Below, piece after piece: positions 46,239 to 54,936 of a stretch of DNA of 64,000 bases; positions within the stretch are counted from its first letter, which is position 1; each line of letters starts with the position of its first letter. The DNA is taken from the IMG/VR virus record IMGVR_UViG_3300025121_000013. One strand, given 5' to 3'. A model generated the notes under the pieces. The model had not been told where the DNA came from. It saw only the letters and a list, made by a program, of their open reading frames with translations, and made no database searches. The position numbers and the translations under genes were made by a program. This DNA comes from a virus. Taxonomy: Duplodnaviria; Caudoviricetes.

Positions 46239-46600
46239 GGAGATTTTCCAGTCCTTAAGATAATTCCTTCTGACATAAAATCTTTTGGGTGGTTTCTTAA
46301 GACCAATAATTTATTAATATAAAATTCCAACGATAGCAAAATATTATTATTTTTTTCATCCAGAAAAAATATATCTGAAAAATAAATTATTCTTAATCCA
46401 CATGTTTTACAAAATCTGACTGGGATATAATCTCCTGTTTCAAATAAAAGTTTTTCTTCACAATAAATACATTTTGAACTATCAACATTTTTAAAAAAAT
46501 CTATCTCCTTAAGATATGGTTTAAACATTTTATCTACAATTTCTTTGCAGCATTCTAAACATTGATTTTTTAAAATACAATCGATGCATAGGCATTTCAT
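46235..46600 (-). CDS. Family C paralog (first gene of the array)
   Basis: CIDCILKNQCLECC / CIYC..CKTC. Confidence 0.75.
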   Translation of the reverse strand: MKCLCIDCILKNQCLECCKEIVDKMFKPYLKEIDFFKNVDSSKCIYCEEKLLFETGDYIPVRFCKTCGLRIIYFSDIFFLDEKNNNILLSLEFYINKLLVLRNHPKDFMSEGIILRTGKSP

Positions 46601-46678
46601 ATTTTCTCTCCTATGAACATATGGATTTTCATTCTATATAATTCTTTAAGATTCTAAATAAAAAAAATAAAACCTTAA

Positions 46679-46701
46679 CTCATTTATTAATATATATAGT
46701 T
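46679..46701 (-). promoter_or_regulatory. AACTATATATATTAATAAATGAG motif (putative early promoter) heading the Cys array
   Basis: Identical to 15015 and 25214. Confidence 0.65.
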
Positions 46702-46727
46702 TATAATTCTAAACTTGTATCTTTTAT

Positions 46728-46742
46728 AGAACAAAATATAAA
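46728..46742 (+). promoter_or_regulatory. AGAACAAA-W-TAAA motif (putative late promoter)
   Basis: Recurrent motif. Confidence 0.5.
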
Positions 46743-46812
46743 TTTCTTTTTAAGAATTGAATCTAAGAAAAATTAAGGGTTTAAATATCTATAAGTAAGG
46801 ATCTTTAAAATA

Positions 46813-47550
46813 ATGGAAAAAATTGATTTTCCTGAGGATGAATATAAAAGTATAAAAGATCGACTCGATCAAAATAAAGTCAGCCATACAATTAGAATAA
46901 AATCTGAATGGGGTAAATATAAAATGGGAAATATTTACGCAACTCCGTGGGGAGATCATATTAAAATTTTATCGATCAAAAGACTTCAATCCATAAGACA
47001 ATATGTTTTTTATAATGATTTAACAAATGATCAAAAAAATGAATTAAGCCAAAAGGATTGTATTGAACATATTGTATTTAAAAAAGTTCCAAAAGACATT
47101 GAAGAATCTGTGGGTGCTTTTGCCATAGATTCTCCTTTAAAAAGAAACGTTAGATTCGAATCTTTTTTAGAACAAAAAATGGATAACATATTAATTGATT
47201 TTGATAAAGTCATTCATTCCTATCATGAAGGATGGCAGAATGGATATATTTATGGGTTTGTCATTGATGGAGCAAAAGAATCATTGACCTTTTTGAAAAA
47301 ATATTTTAATATTATTATTTTCACGGCAAGAGCGTCAGAAGTTCATAAAGACGAAAAAGAAAAAATGATTAGAAACGTTGAAGATTGGTTAAGAAAAAAT
47401 GAGATACCCTTTGATTTAGTTACCGCTGATAAAATGCCAGCGTTTGCGTACATTGATGATAAAGCTATCAATTTTGACAATTGGAAAAATGTAATTGGGA
47501 TCGTAAAACAAATGATGACTCAAAAAGAGACAAAAGTTGGAGGGTTTTAA
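46813..47550 (+). CDS. Two-domain protein with a C-terminal HAD-family phosphatase (5'-nucleotidase-like)
   Basis: ILIDFDKVIHSY, IFTAR and YIDDKAI motifs; unrelated N-terminal domain. Confidence 0.75.
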   Translation: MEKIDFPEDEYKSIKDRLDQNKVSHTIRIKSEWGKYKMGNIYATPWGDHIKILSIKRLQSIRQYVFYNDLTNDQKNELSQKDCIEHIVFKKVPKDIEESVGAFAIDSPLKRNVRFESFLEQKMDNILIDFDKVIHSYHEGWQNGYIYGFVIDGAKESLTFLKKYFNIIIFTARASEVHKDEKEKMIRNVEDWLRKNEIPFDLVTADKMPAFAYIDDKAINFDNWKNVIGIVKQMMTQKETKVGGF

Positions 47551-47552
47551 AT

Positions 47553-48272
47553 ATGAAGACATCTTTTAGTATTTTGGAACAGGATCAATTAAGACGTACC
47601 TTCGGTGGTACGACTGTCGGCACGGCTGATCCTTATTTAACTGGTTTATTTGGAATTCAATTTGCAAAGCTTCCCGCTGCTTTGGAATCTAGAGTCAACC
47701 CATATGATATTTCCAGTAATAATGAGGTTAGAAAAATTTTAGCGGGTACATGTATTTCCGTGACCCCTCCCGGCGGAACATTGAATAGCCAGGATTATAC
47801 AGGTCTCGGTGGCATCAAATCGGGTGTGCCTTCCAACATTGATTATGGAAATGTGGTGACTTTAAGATTTGTTGAAATGAACGGCATTCCCGTTTTTAGA
47901 ATTATTCATGAGTGGTTTAAGATGATTCGTGACTATCGATTCGGTGCGTCTAACTTACAAGAAACAGCGAGTTTGACCGGATATTCAAAAAGAACTTTTT
48001 CTGGTCTTTTATATTACTGGACAACCGCTCCTGATGCGAAAACTGTTGAATTTGCCGCGTGCTATGATGGCGTTTATCCTACGAAGGATCCTCAAGATCT
48101 TTTTGGTTCTGATATTGATACCGTGGGTAGACTGGATATAGATATCGACTTTCATATTGATACGCCATGGCAAGAGTCTTGGGTAAAAACAAAATGTCAA
48201 GAATTTGCTGATCAAAGAGCCGCTCAGATTTCTGTCATCAAAAATTATGGCCCCAAGCAAGCTGGTGTGTAA
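47553..48272 (+). CDS. Tail tube protein (T4 gp19-like)
   Basis: VTPPGGTL..YGN.VTLRF.E..IHEWF..YDGVYP..DI.IDF..D pattern. Confidence 0.7.
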   Translation: MKTSFSILEQDQLRRTFGGTTVGTADPYLTGLFGIQFAKLPAALESRVNPYDISSNNEVRKILAGTCISVTPPGGTLNSQDYTGLGGIKSGVPSNIDYGNVVTLRFVEMNGIPVFRIIHEWFKMIRDYRFGASNLQETASLTGYSKRTFSGLLYYWTTAPDAKTVEFAACYDGVYPTKDPQDLFGSDIDTVGRLDIDIDFHIDTPWQESWVKTKCQEFADQRAAQISVIKNYGPKQAGV

Positions 48273-48285
48273 TGAGGATAAAATT

Positions 48286-49377
48286 ATGATTATCACAGAA
48301 TCTCCAAAACTTTTTGATTCTGCATTATTTTCTTTTGTGACAAGGTCGGTTCTTTGCGATTATGTTACTGAATCAAATATTCAAAATAAAAAAGATCTTA
48401 AGAATTTTATTTTGAAGGAAGCCACTGATTATGAAATAATGAATATTTTACTTTTAAATAAAATTCCTAAAGAATCTTCAAATCTTTTAAAAGAAACTGC
48501 GTTGTATAGTATTTTAAAAGAACAGATGGTTCAAAATTGTGATTTACTTGTTGAGCATATAGGACATGAAACATTTAATAATATTTTATTCAATGTTTCT
48601 CCTTTATCTTTGTTTGATAAAACTCCTGAAAATATTTTTGAATCTTTTCTTCTTGAGGCTCCAAAAAAGAAAAAAGGTATAAAAGGTCCACAAACCCAAG
48701 GGCCTGATGATTCTTCAATGGAGCCAACTTCTGAACCGTCTCCTGAGCCTCAACAAACTTCTCAAGCTAAGGAAATAGGCGGGGAAGCGGCCAATGTCGC
48801 AAAAAGCATGCTTCTTTATAATGCCGTTGGGGCTTTGATTGGAAAAGCAAAAGATCTTGCTGCCAAAGGAATTGGCCCAGTGATAAGTCTAGTTCAAGGA
48901 CATCCAATTATGGCTGGGGCAACATTGGCGGCTATTTTAGGCTATGCTGCAATTCGAGCATATCAAAATCATTTTAGCGCCGCTGCAAAACAATGTGAAG
49001 GTTCTGATGATAAAGCTGAATGTATGAAATTTGCTAAAATTCAAGCTCTTGGATCTCAAATCAATGATTTAAGAAAAGGATTATCTGCTTGTAAAAATTC
49101 AAAAGATCCCAAGGGTTGTCAAGATTCTATAAATAAAAAAATTCAAGGCGTTGAAGAAAAAATATCTAAGGCAAGAATTAGTGAATCTTTAATCCAAGAA
49201 TTTTTTGGAAGAAAAAAAGAAAAAACTTTTCAAGAGAAATTAAATGAATTAGATATTAAAAATAATGAGATTAAAGAAAAAATTTCTAATTTAAAAAAAG
49301 AAATTGCTACCTTAATAGAGAAAAAAAATTATCTGAGACCGATGAGCCTAAACGCTATAAGGGGCATTATTCATTAA
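48286..49377 (+). CDS. Family H paralog 1 (putative head-cargo protein); a -1 shift at the A8 run 49321-49328 extends it to 49604
   Basis: MIITE..EATDYEIM N-domain, Gly/Ala TM-like helix and twin Cx8C. Confidence 0.7.
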   Translation: MIITESPKLFDSALFSFVTRSVLCDYVTESNIQNKKDLKNFILKEATDYEIMNILLLNKIPKESSNLLKETALYSILKEQMVQNCDLLVEHIGHETFNNILFNVSPLSLFDKTPENIFESFLLEAPKKKKGIKGPQTQGPDDSSMEPTSEPSPEPQQTSQAKEIGGEAANVAKSMLLYNAVGALIGKAKDLAAKGIGPVISLVQGHPIMAGATLAAILGYAAIRAYQNHFSAAAKQCEGSDDKAECMKFAKIQALGSQINDLRKGLSACKNSKDPKGCQDSINKKIQGVEEKISKARISESLIQEFFGRKKEKTFQEKLNELDIKNNEIKEKISNLKKEIATLIEKKNYLRPMSLNAIRGIIH

Positions 49378-49615
49378 AAACATTTGAAGATTTAATTAAA
49401 GCGGCTAAGCTTGATATTAAATATGAAGTTTTACAATTAGCATTAAACGAATTAGATAAAAAATATTTGCAAATTTTTTCGAAATATAAAATAATGAAAA
49501 ATCCAGAGATTTGTAAAAAGAAGGCTGAAATGAATTACGATAAAGAAAATGAAGGAATTTATAGATCTCATGGATTTGGATATGCTATTCAAAAGTATGA
49601 TTAAAAATAACTCTT

Positions 49616-49630
49616 AGAACAAAATTTAAA
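49616..49630 (+). promoter_or_regulatory. AGAACAAA-W-TAAA motif (putative late promoter)
   Basis: Recurrent motif. Confidence 0.5.
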
Positions 49631-49665
49631 TCAGCTTTACTTAAACATAAGCAGGAGATATGTAT

Positions 49666-50273
49666 ATGATCATCACAGAAAATGTCAATGTTAAAGAATC
49701 TATAAATTTTCTAAGATCTTTGCGTTATATAATTTCTGAATCATATAAGAAAAAAGTAATAGAAACTTTATTTTAAGGGAGGCCAGTAATTATCAAATTA
49801 TGAATCTTTTAATAAATGGAAAGATTCCATCAGAGAAACATGACATTCAAAAGGAACAAGAATTATTTTCGATTTTCAAAGAAAGTATTTTAGAAAATTA
49901 TGATATTTTTTCTTTTTTGATAGGAAAGGAAGAAACTAATAAATTGATTCTTGAGGTAGGCCCGATCAAAAATATTACTTATATTAGAGAGTTTGTTGAT
50001 GCTGGAGTGGCGATTCCTATTCTTGTTGGGGCTTTTGTAGGGCACATGGTTGGGAAAAGACGTAGTATGGAAATGAAAGCATGTAAAGATTCTAAAGATA
50101 AGAAAACTTGTATAAAAAATTATTGGATAAAAGTTCATACTGATATTATTAATGAATTAAAGAAAAGTAAAGCAACTTGTGGAAAACAGAAAAATCCCGC
50201 TAAATGCAAAACCGCTTTTGATAAGATAATTAAAAGACATACTGATGCAATAGAAAAACAAAAGAGAAAATAA
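49666..50273 (+). pseudogene. Family H paralog 2, frameshifted at the A6 run 49750-49755
   Basis: MIITENVN.. in one frame; NFILREASNYQIMNLL.. continues in the -1 frame. Confidence 0.7.
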
Positions 50274-50311
50274 ATAATTCTTTTAAATAAACATAGTAGG
50301 AGATAAACCAG

Positions 50312-51262
50312 ATGATCATCACAGAAAATGTAAAGATTTCAGATTCTATTTTGTTTCTGACCACAGCTAGAAGTATTTTAGCTGATAATATTAATGAGTC
50401 AAAAATGGAAAACAAAACAGAACTTGTTGAGTTTATTATAAATGAAGCCTCAGACTATGAAATTATGTCTGTTCTAGTCACAAATGAAATGCCTAAGGAA
50501 AAATATAATATTCAAAAGGAAATGCAATTATTTAGTATTTTAAAAGAACAGATTTTAAATTCTTCAGATGTTTTAATGGAAGCGATGGGGTCTAAAGTTT
50601 TCAAGGAATTCATTCTGGAAATTGGCCCGGTCTATCCTCATCTTTCCACGGCTAAACCTTTGCTTGAGTTCTATATGAATTCTCATAGTTTAAACGAAGA
50701 CTGGAAAGATTGGAATGCTAGAACAGTTTTAAATAAAGCAGGTGAAGGAATTTCTAAAGCGGGAAAAAAGGCTGGAGAAGTCACTGGCATTGCAGGGCAT
50801 TCTGCTGAAAAATCCTCTGAGGCAGGATTTCAAACTGCAAAAAAATTATATCAACAAACACAATCAAATAAAGCTCTTCAAAAAGGTATAAAAATTGATA
50901 AAGATATTTTAAGAAAAAAAGCAAAGGAATCTGCTGAAAAAGGCATTTCTTCTGTTAAAGCTCTAGCCTCTGGACCGATGGGAAAATATCTTGGAGGCGC
51001 AGCCCTTGCTACTCTTCTCGCTTTTGCTGGAATTAAGCTTTATAAAAAATATTTTTCACAAGCAGCTAAGTCCTGTAAAAACTCTCCAGATAAAGCGGGT
51101 TGTATGAAAAAGTTTAGACAAGACGCAATAAAGAAACAAATGGATAGTTTACGTTCCTCGTTATCTTCTTGTAAAAAATCTAATAATCCAGAAAAGTGTG
51201 AATCATTGATTCAACAAAGAATTTCAAAACTTAGTAAACAAATTGCTAATTTAGCAAGATAA
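50312..51262 (+). CDS. Family H paralog 3
   Basis: MIITENVK..NEASDYEIM; LGGAALATLLAFAG; twin Cx8C. Confidence 0.75.
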   Translation: MIITENVKISDSILFLTTARSILADNINESKMENKTELVEFIINEASDYEIMSVLVTNEMPKEKYNIQKEMQLFSILKEQILNSSDVLMEAMGSKVFKEFILEIGPVYPHLSTAKPLLEFYMNSHSLNEDWKDWNARTVLNKAGEGISKAGKKAGEVTGIAGHSAEKSSEAGFQTAKKLYQQTQSNKALQKGIKIDKDILRKKAKESAEKGISSVKALASGPMGKYLGGAALATLLAFAGIKLYKKYFSQAAKSCKNSPDKAGCMKKFRQDAIKKQMDSLRSSLSSCKKSNNPEKCESLIQQRISKLSKQIANLAR

Positions 51263-51293
51263 ACAATATTTTTATATCAGGAGATTTAAAACA

Positions 51294-52268
51294 ATGATTA
51301 TCACAGAAAATGTAAAACTTTCTGACTCAATTTTATTCTTGACTATTGCTCGTCAAACTTTAGCTGAAGCAGTCTCAAAACAAAACATGAAAGATTTTCT
51401 TATCAATGAAGCTTCTGATTATGAAATTATGAGTCTTTTAATGACAAATAAAATGCCTAAAGAAAAATATAATATTCAATCTGAGATGGCTTTATTTAGT
51501 TTGTTAAAGGAACAAGTTTTAGGTTCTTATAATGTTCTTTATGAAATGATTGGTAAGGAACCTTTAAATACTTTTATATCTGAAGTGGGTCCAGTTTATC
51601 CCCAACTTTCAACGGCTAAACCTTTGCTTGAGTTCTTTATGAATTCTCATACAGATATTTTAAATGAAAAATTAAGTGACCATTTTAGCACTAATATATT
51701 TAAAGGCCCAAATGATAAAGGCTTTACTGGAGATGAATTAAAAAGGCATGAGGCTTTAAAGAAGAAGGCTGCTATTATGAAAGCTGGAAAAGTTGGAGAG
51801 TTAAAACGTAAAGGCATGGCTATGGGGAAAGAAGCGTTAGAAAAGGGTGTGCAGAAAGGACAAGAGATCAAGGGAAATGTTCAACAAGGAGTACAGCAAG
51901 CGAAAACATCTGGGACTAACGCTCTTGCAGCTGGAAAAGCCGCTGCTGAAAAGGGAATTGGCGCTGTCAATAAATTTGCTACAACTCCAGTAGGTAAGGC
52001 TGTTGGTGGTTTGGCATTGGCAGCCCTCCTTGGTTATGGCGCGGCAAAAATTTATAAGAATTATTTTTCTGCTGCAGCGAAACAATGTTCTGGCGCTCCA
52101 GATAAAGCCGCTTGTATGAGAAAGTTTAAGCAAGATGCTTTAAGAAAACAAATTGCCGGTTTGAATTCTTCGATGTCAGCTTGTAGAAATTCTTCTAATC
52201 CACAAAAGTGCACTGAAGGAATTAAAGCGAGAATTCAAAAATTAAATGACCAAATTACAAAAGCTTAA
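51294..52268 (+). CDS. Family H paralog 4
   Basis: MIITENVK..NEASDYEIM; VGGLALAALLGYG; twin Cx8C. Confidence 0.75.
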   Translation: MIITENVKLSDSILFLTIARQTLAEAVSKQNMKDFLINEASDYEIMSLLMTNKMPKEKYNIQSEMALFSLLKEQVLGSYNVLYEMIGKEPLNTFISEVGPVYPQLSTAKPLLEFFMNSHTDILNEKLSDHFSTNIFKGPNDKGFTGDELKRHEALKKKAAIMKAGKVGELKRKGMAMGKEALEKGVQKGQEIKGNVQQGVQQAKTSGTNALAAGKAAAEKGIGAVNKFATTPVGKAVGGLALAALLGYGAAKIYKNYFSAAAKQCSGAPDKAACMRKFKQDALRKQIAGLNSSMSACRNSSNPQKCTEGIKARIQKLNDQITKA

Positions 52269-52308
52269 AAAATAAGTTTTTAAAAATATACAAACCCTGG
52301 CTCCCTAA

Positions 52309-52322
52309 AGAACAAATATAAA
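52309..52322 (+). promoter_or_regulatory. AGAACAAA-W-TAAA motif (putative late promoter)
   Basis: Recurrent motif. Confidence 0.5.
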
Positions 52323-52375
52323 AGATTCTTTTGGGAGCCGTCTTTCACATCATTACAAATGAAAAGGAGATAAGG

Positions 52376-53155
52376 ATGTTTACTGGATTTAGAACTGCGA
52401 AAAAGCCTGTTTATGAAGTCATCACCCCTCAGACTAAATTGTCGTTTAAATTAAGAAGTCTTACCGTTAGAGAAGAAGAAAGACTCAAGGCAAGTTTGCT
52501 AACCCCATCAAAAGTTACGGAACATTTAAATCAATGTATTTTTGATTCGATTGATCAAAAGCCAGAATCGATCACAGATTTTAAATCTTTTCTTCAAAGT
52601 TTAACGATAAAAGATAGAGACGCTCTTCTTTATGGTTTGTATCATGTTAGCTACGAAGAAATTAGAAACTATGATGTAAAATGTGCAAGTTGTTCAAAAG
52701 AATTCCCAGTTACGATTAAGGCTTCTTCCACTTTCAATGTGACTCCATATCCAGACAATGACATTCTTACAAAAAGAGTTCGTTTTAATCTTCCTGAATA
52801 TAATGGGGTATGGGTTGTTTTAAAACAGCCTACTTTAGAAGATGAATTAAAAGGGTTGAAAGATTTAGGAACATCTAATTTAGACACTTTAAATAAAATT
52901 CTTCCTATTGAAAGTATTGAAGAAGAAAATAATGTTACCTCAGATCAAATTATTTTTAAAGATAAAACTGATATTTTAGATGCATTTAAAGAACTTATTC
53001 CTAAGGATAAAAATTTTATAACTGAAAAATATAATGAAACTTTTGGAAAATATGGAATTGACTTAAAGATGAAAACATTTTGTGCTCACTGTGGCCATAG
53101 CCAAATCGTTGGCATTGATCTTGTGGAAAACTTTTTTCGTATGGTATTTATCTGA
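52376..53155 (+). CDS. Baseplate hub/tail assembly chaperone (T4 gp26-like)
   Basis: P.YEV.TP..KL..R.LTV.EE, D..ALLY, CASC..CAHC; ends NFF. Confidence 0.7.
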   Translation: MFTGFRTAKKPVYEVITPQTKLSFKLRSLTVREEERLKASLLTPSKVTEHLNQCIFDSIDQKPESITDFKSFLQSLTIKDRDALLYGLYHVSYEEIRNYDVKCASCSKEFPVTIKASSTFNVTPYPDNDILTKRVRFNLPEYNGVWVVLKQPTLEDELKGLKDLGTSNLDTLNKILPIESIEEENNVTSDQIIFKDKTDILDAFKELIPKDKNFITEKYNETFGKYGIDLKMKTFCAHCGHSQIVGIDLVENFFRMVFI

Positions 53156-53351
53156 TTTAGATCAAGAAACTTATAAAAAAGTTCTTGATGAAAATATTTA
53201 TACTTGTATGGAATTGTCTAAACAATCCTATGAAGATATTTTAGAAATGCCCGTAGCAAGGTTCACTACATATTTGAAATGGAAATCAAAATTGGAGGAA
53301 GAGAAAATGAAAAGCCTTGCTAGCATGTCAAATTTTGGAAAAAGAAAATGA
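53130..53351 (+). CDS. gp51-like C-terminal chaperone ORF, possibly reached by frameshift
   Basis: SYEDILEMPVARFTTYLKW; overlaps the upstream gene in the +1 frame and has no clear RBS. Confidence 0.55.
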   Translation, partial: TFFVWYLSDLDQETYKKVLDENIYTCMELSKQSYEDILEMPVARFTTYLKWKSKLEEEKMKSLASMSNFGKRK

Positions 53352-53764
53352 ATTTTTTAGATAGATTTAATAAATCATCAATCGGCTCAAATAATAAACT
53401 TATAGACTTTACATCCAATATAGGTTCCCAAGGAGATTTTCAAAAAATTTATGATATCGATGTAATTATAAATTCATGGAAGAATATTCTTACGACAAGA
53501 TTGGGAACCTATATTGATGATCCAACTTATGGCAGTAAAATTTATGATTTATTGTTTCAACCCTTTGATGAGGGAACGAGACAAGATATTTTAAATGAAG
53601 TCAAAGAAAGACTTTTTTCTATTGATGATAGAGCCGATATTAGAAATCTTGATGTAAAAAGGATTTCAGGAAAGAAAGGGTTTGTGGTTTTTATAAATGT
53701 TAATTATGATAAAAAGAATGTAACTTTCACAGTTCCTTTTACAGAATCAAATATTGGAAGTTAA
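53348..53764 (+). CDS. Baseplate wedge protein, gp25/GPW-like
   Basis: SWKNILTT.LG....DPTYGS.I.DLLFQP..DDR pattern. Confidence 0.85.
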   Translation: MNFLDRFNKSSIGSNNKLIDFTSNIGSQGDFQKIYDIDVIINSWKNILTTRLGTYIDDPTYGSKIYDLLFQPFDEGTRQDILNEVKERLFSIDDRADIRNLDVKRISGKKGFVVFINVNYDKKNVTFTVPFTESNIGS

Positions 53765-53767
53765 ACA

Positions 53768-54280
53768 ATGAATTTCGGCTATTATTTAATTGTAAAAACT
53801 TATAAAGGGATCTTTCAAAAAACTCACACTGGAAATACACATTTTATTATTTTACCTACAAATAAGAAATATCTATATTTAAATATAATGGCTGAAGATA
53901 TAGAGACTGGAGATTTACTTGCTGGTAAAATTGAAAATATTAAAGATGAATCTTATCCCAAAAAAGTAATAAAAAATATTCAAAATAAGTTTGGATTTAA
54001 TGCAATTTTTTTAGAAAAGATTTCTCTCGAATATAATGAGAAAGATAAAACCTTATATTATAAAACTAATGATAATACAAAATATTTTCCAAAAAAATTT
54101 AGTTTAGAATATTCAGAAAAACTTTCAAAAGAATATAATATAACCATGTTCTTTTTGAAGGGAAATTTTAAATTAGAACTTAAAGAGGTTGGACAATACA
54201 ATTTTGATTTTAAAATGAATGTTAAAACCTCAATGGCAAAAGCTCTTGCAATAAAAAATTTATTGCTCAAGGAACCATAA
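53768..54280 (+). CDS. Hypothetical protein
   Basis: ORF in the structural operon. Confidence 0.55.
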   Translation: MNFGYYLIVKTYKGIFQKTHTGNTHFIILPTNKKYLYLNIMAEDIETGDLLAGKIENIKDESYPKKVIKNIQNKFGFNAIFLEKISLEYNEKDKTLYYKTNDNTKYFPKKFSLEYSEKLSKEYNITMFFLKGNFKLELKEVGQYNFDFKMNVKTSMAKALAIKNLLLKEP

Positions 54281-54925
54281 ATGCAAAAATATAATAGAGT
54301 TTTAGATTATATTCATGAATATCAAAATTTAGTTTATGATTATTATGGAAAACACGGCATACCATTTTTAGTTAATTATTATAATATTGACCGAACAAAT
54401 ACGGTATGGGAAAATGAATATTTGATGGGCGGTTCTTATGAAGACATAGGAAATTTAACAGGGAAAAAATTTAATAAATATTTATTATTGCCAGTTTATT
54501 TTATTGAAGAAATAACAACCATTTTTGATGCTCAGGAAGTTGGATATGTGAAAGAAAATGATACGACTATTGTAATTCCTTATTCTTATGAAATAACGCC
54601 CTATCCCGGAGATATGTTCAAATTAGAACAAGATTTTATGAGACCGACAAATAATATTTATCCTCTATTTATTGTGAGTGGAGCTCAAATTTCTGCAAAC
54701 ACAGATAAAAGGTTTTGGAGTTTAAAAGCTCATATAAAACAAAGTCGAACCACTTCAGAATTAGATTTACAAGTGACAAATAATTATGTCTTTTATGAAT
54801 ATGATAAAACTATTCATACTGTAGATGAAGCGACTTTTTTAACAAAACTTTTATTAAAAAATGAATCACTCAAAGACAATTTGATTTCAAAATTTGATAA
54901 CAATAGTGGTTTCTATTTTCTTTAA
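54281..54925 (+). CDS. Structural hypothetical protein (neck or tail completion candidate)
   Basis: Conserved-looking ORF (ITPYPGD) in the baseplate operon. Confidence 0.55.
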   Translation: MQKYNRVLDYIHEYQNLVYDYYGKHGIPFLVNYYNIDRTNTVWENEYLMGGSYEDIGNLTGKKFNKYLLLPVYFIEEITTIFDAQEVGYVKENDTTIVIPYSYEITPYPGDMFKLEQDFMRPTNNIYPLFIVSGAQISANTDKRFWSLKAHIKQSRTTSELDLQVTNNYVFYEYDKTIHTVDEATFLTKLLLKNESLKDNLISKFDNNSGFYFL

Positions 54926-54936
54926 AAGAGGAACAA

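Larger units (their letters stand above)
32492..46600 (-). repeat. Tandem array of about 31 double-Cys4 paralogous genes (family C)
   Basis: Recurrent N-terminal CxxC(I/L)L..C...C plus central C(I/L)xC..CxxC in ORFs of 73-150 aa. Confidence 0.92.

Noticed and set aside
32492-46600. Diversity-generating retroelement as the source of array variation
   Set aside because: There is no reverse transcriptase in the window and no template/variable pair with A-specific mismatches; the shared segments are exact short copies.
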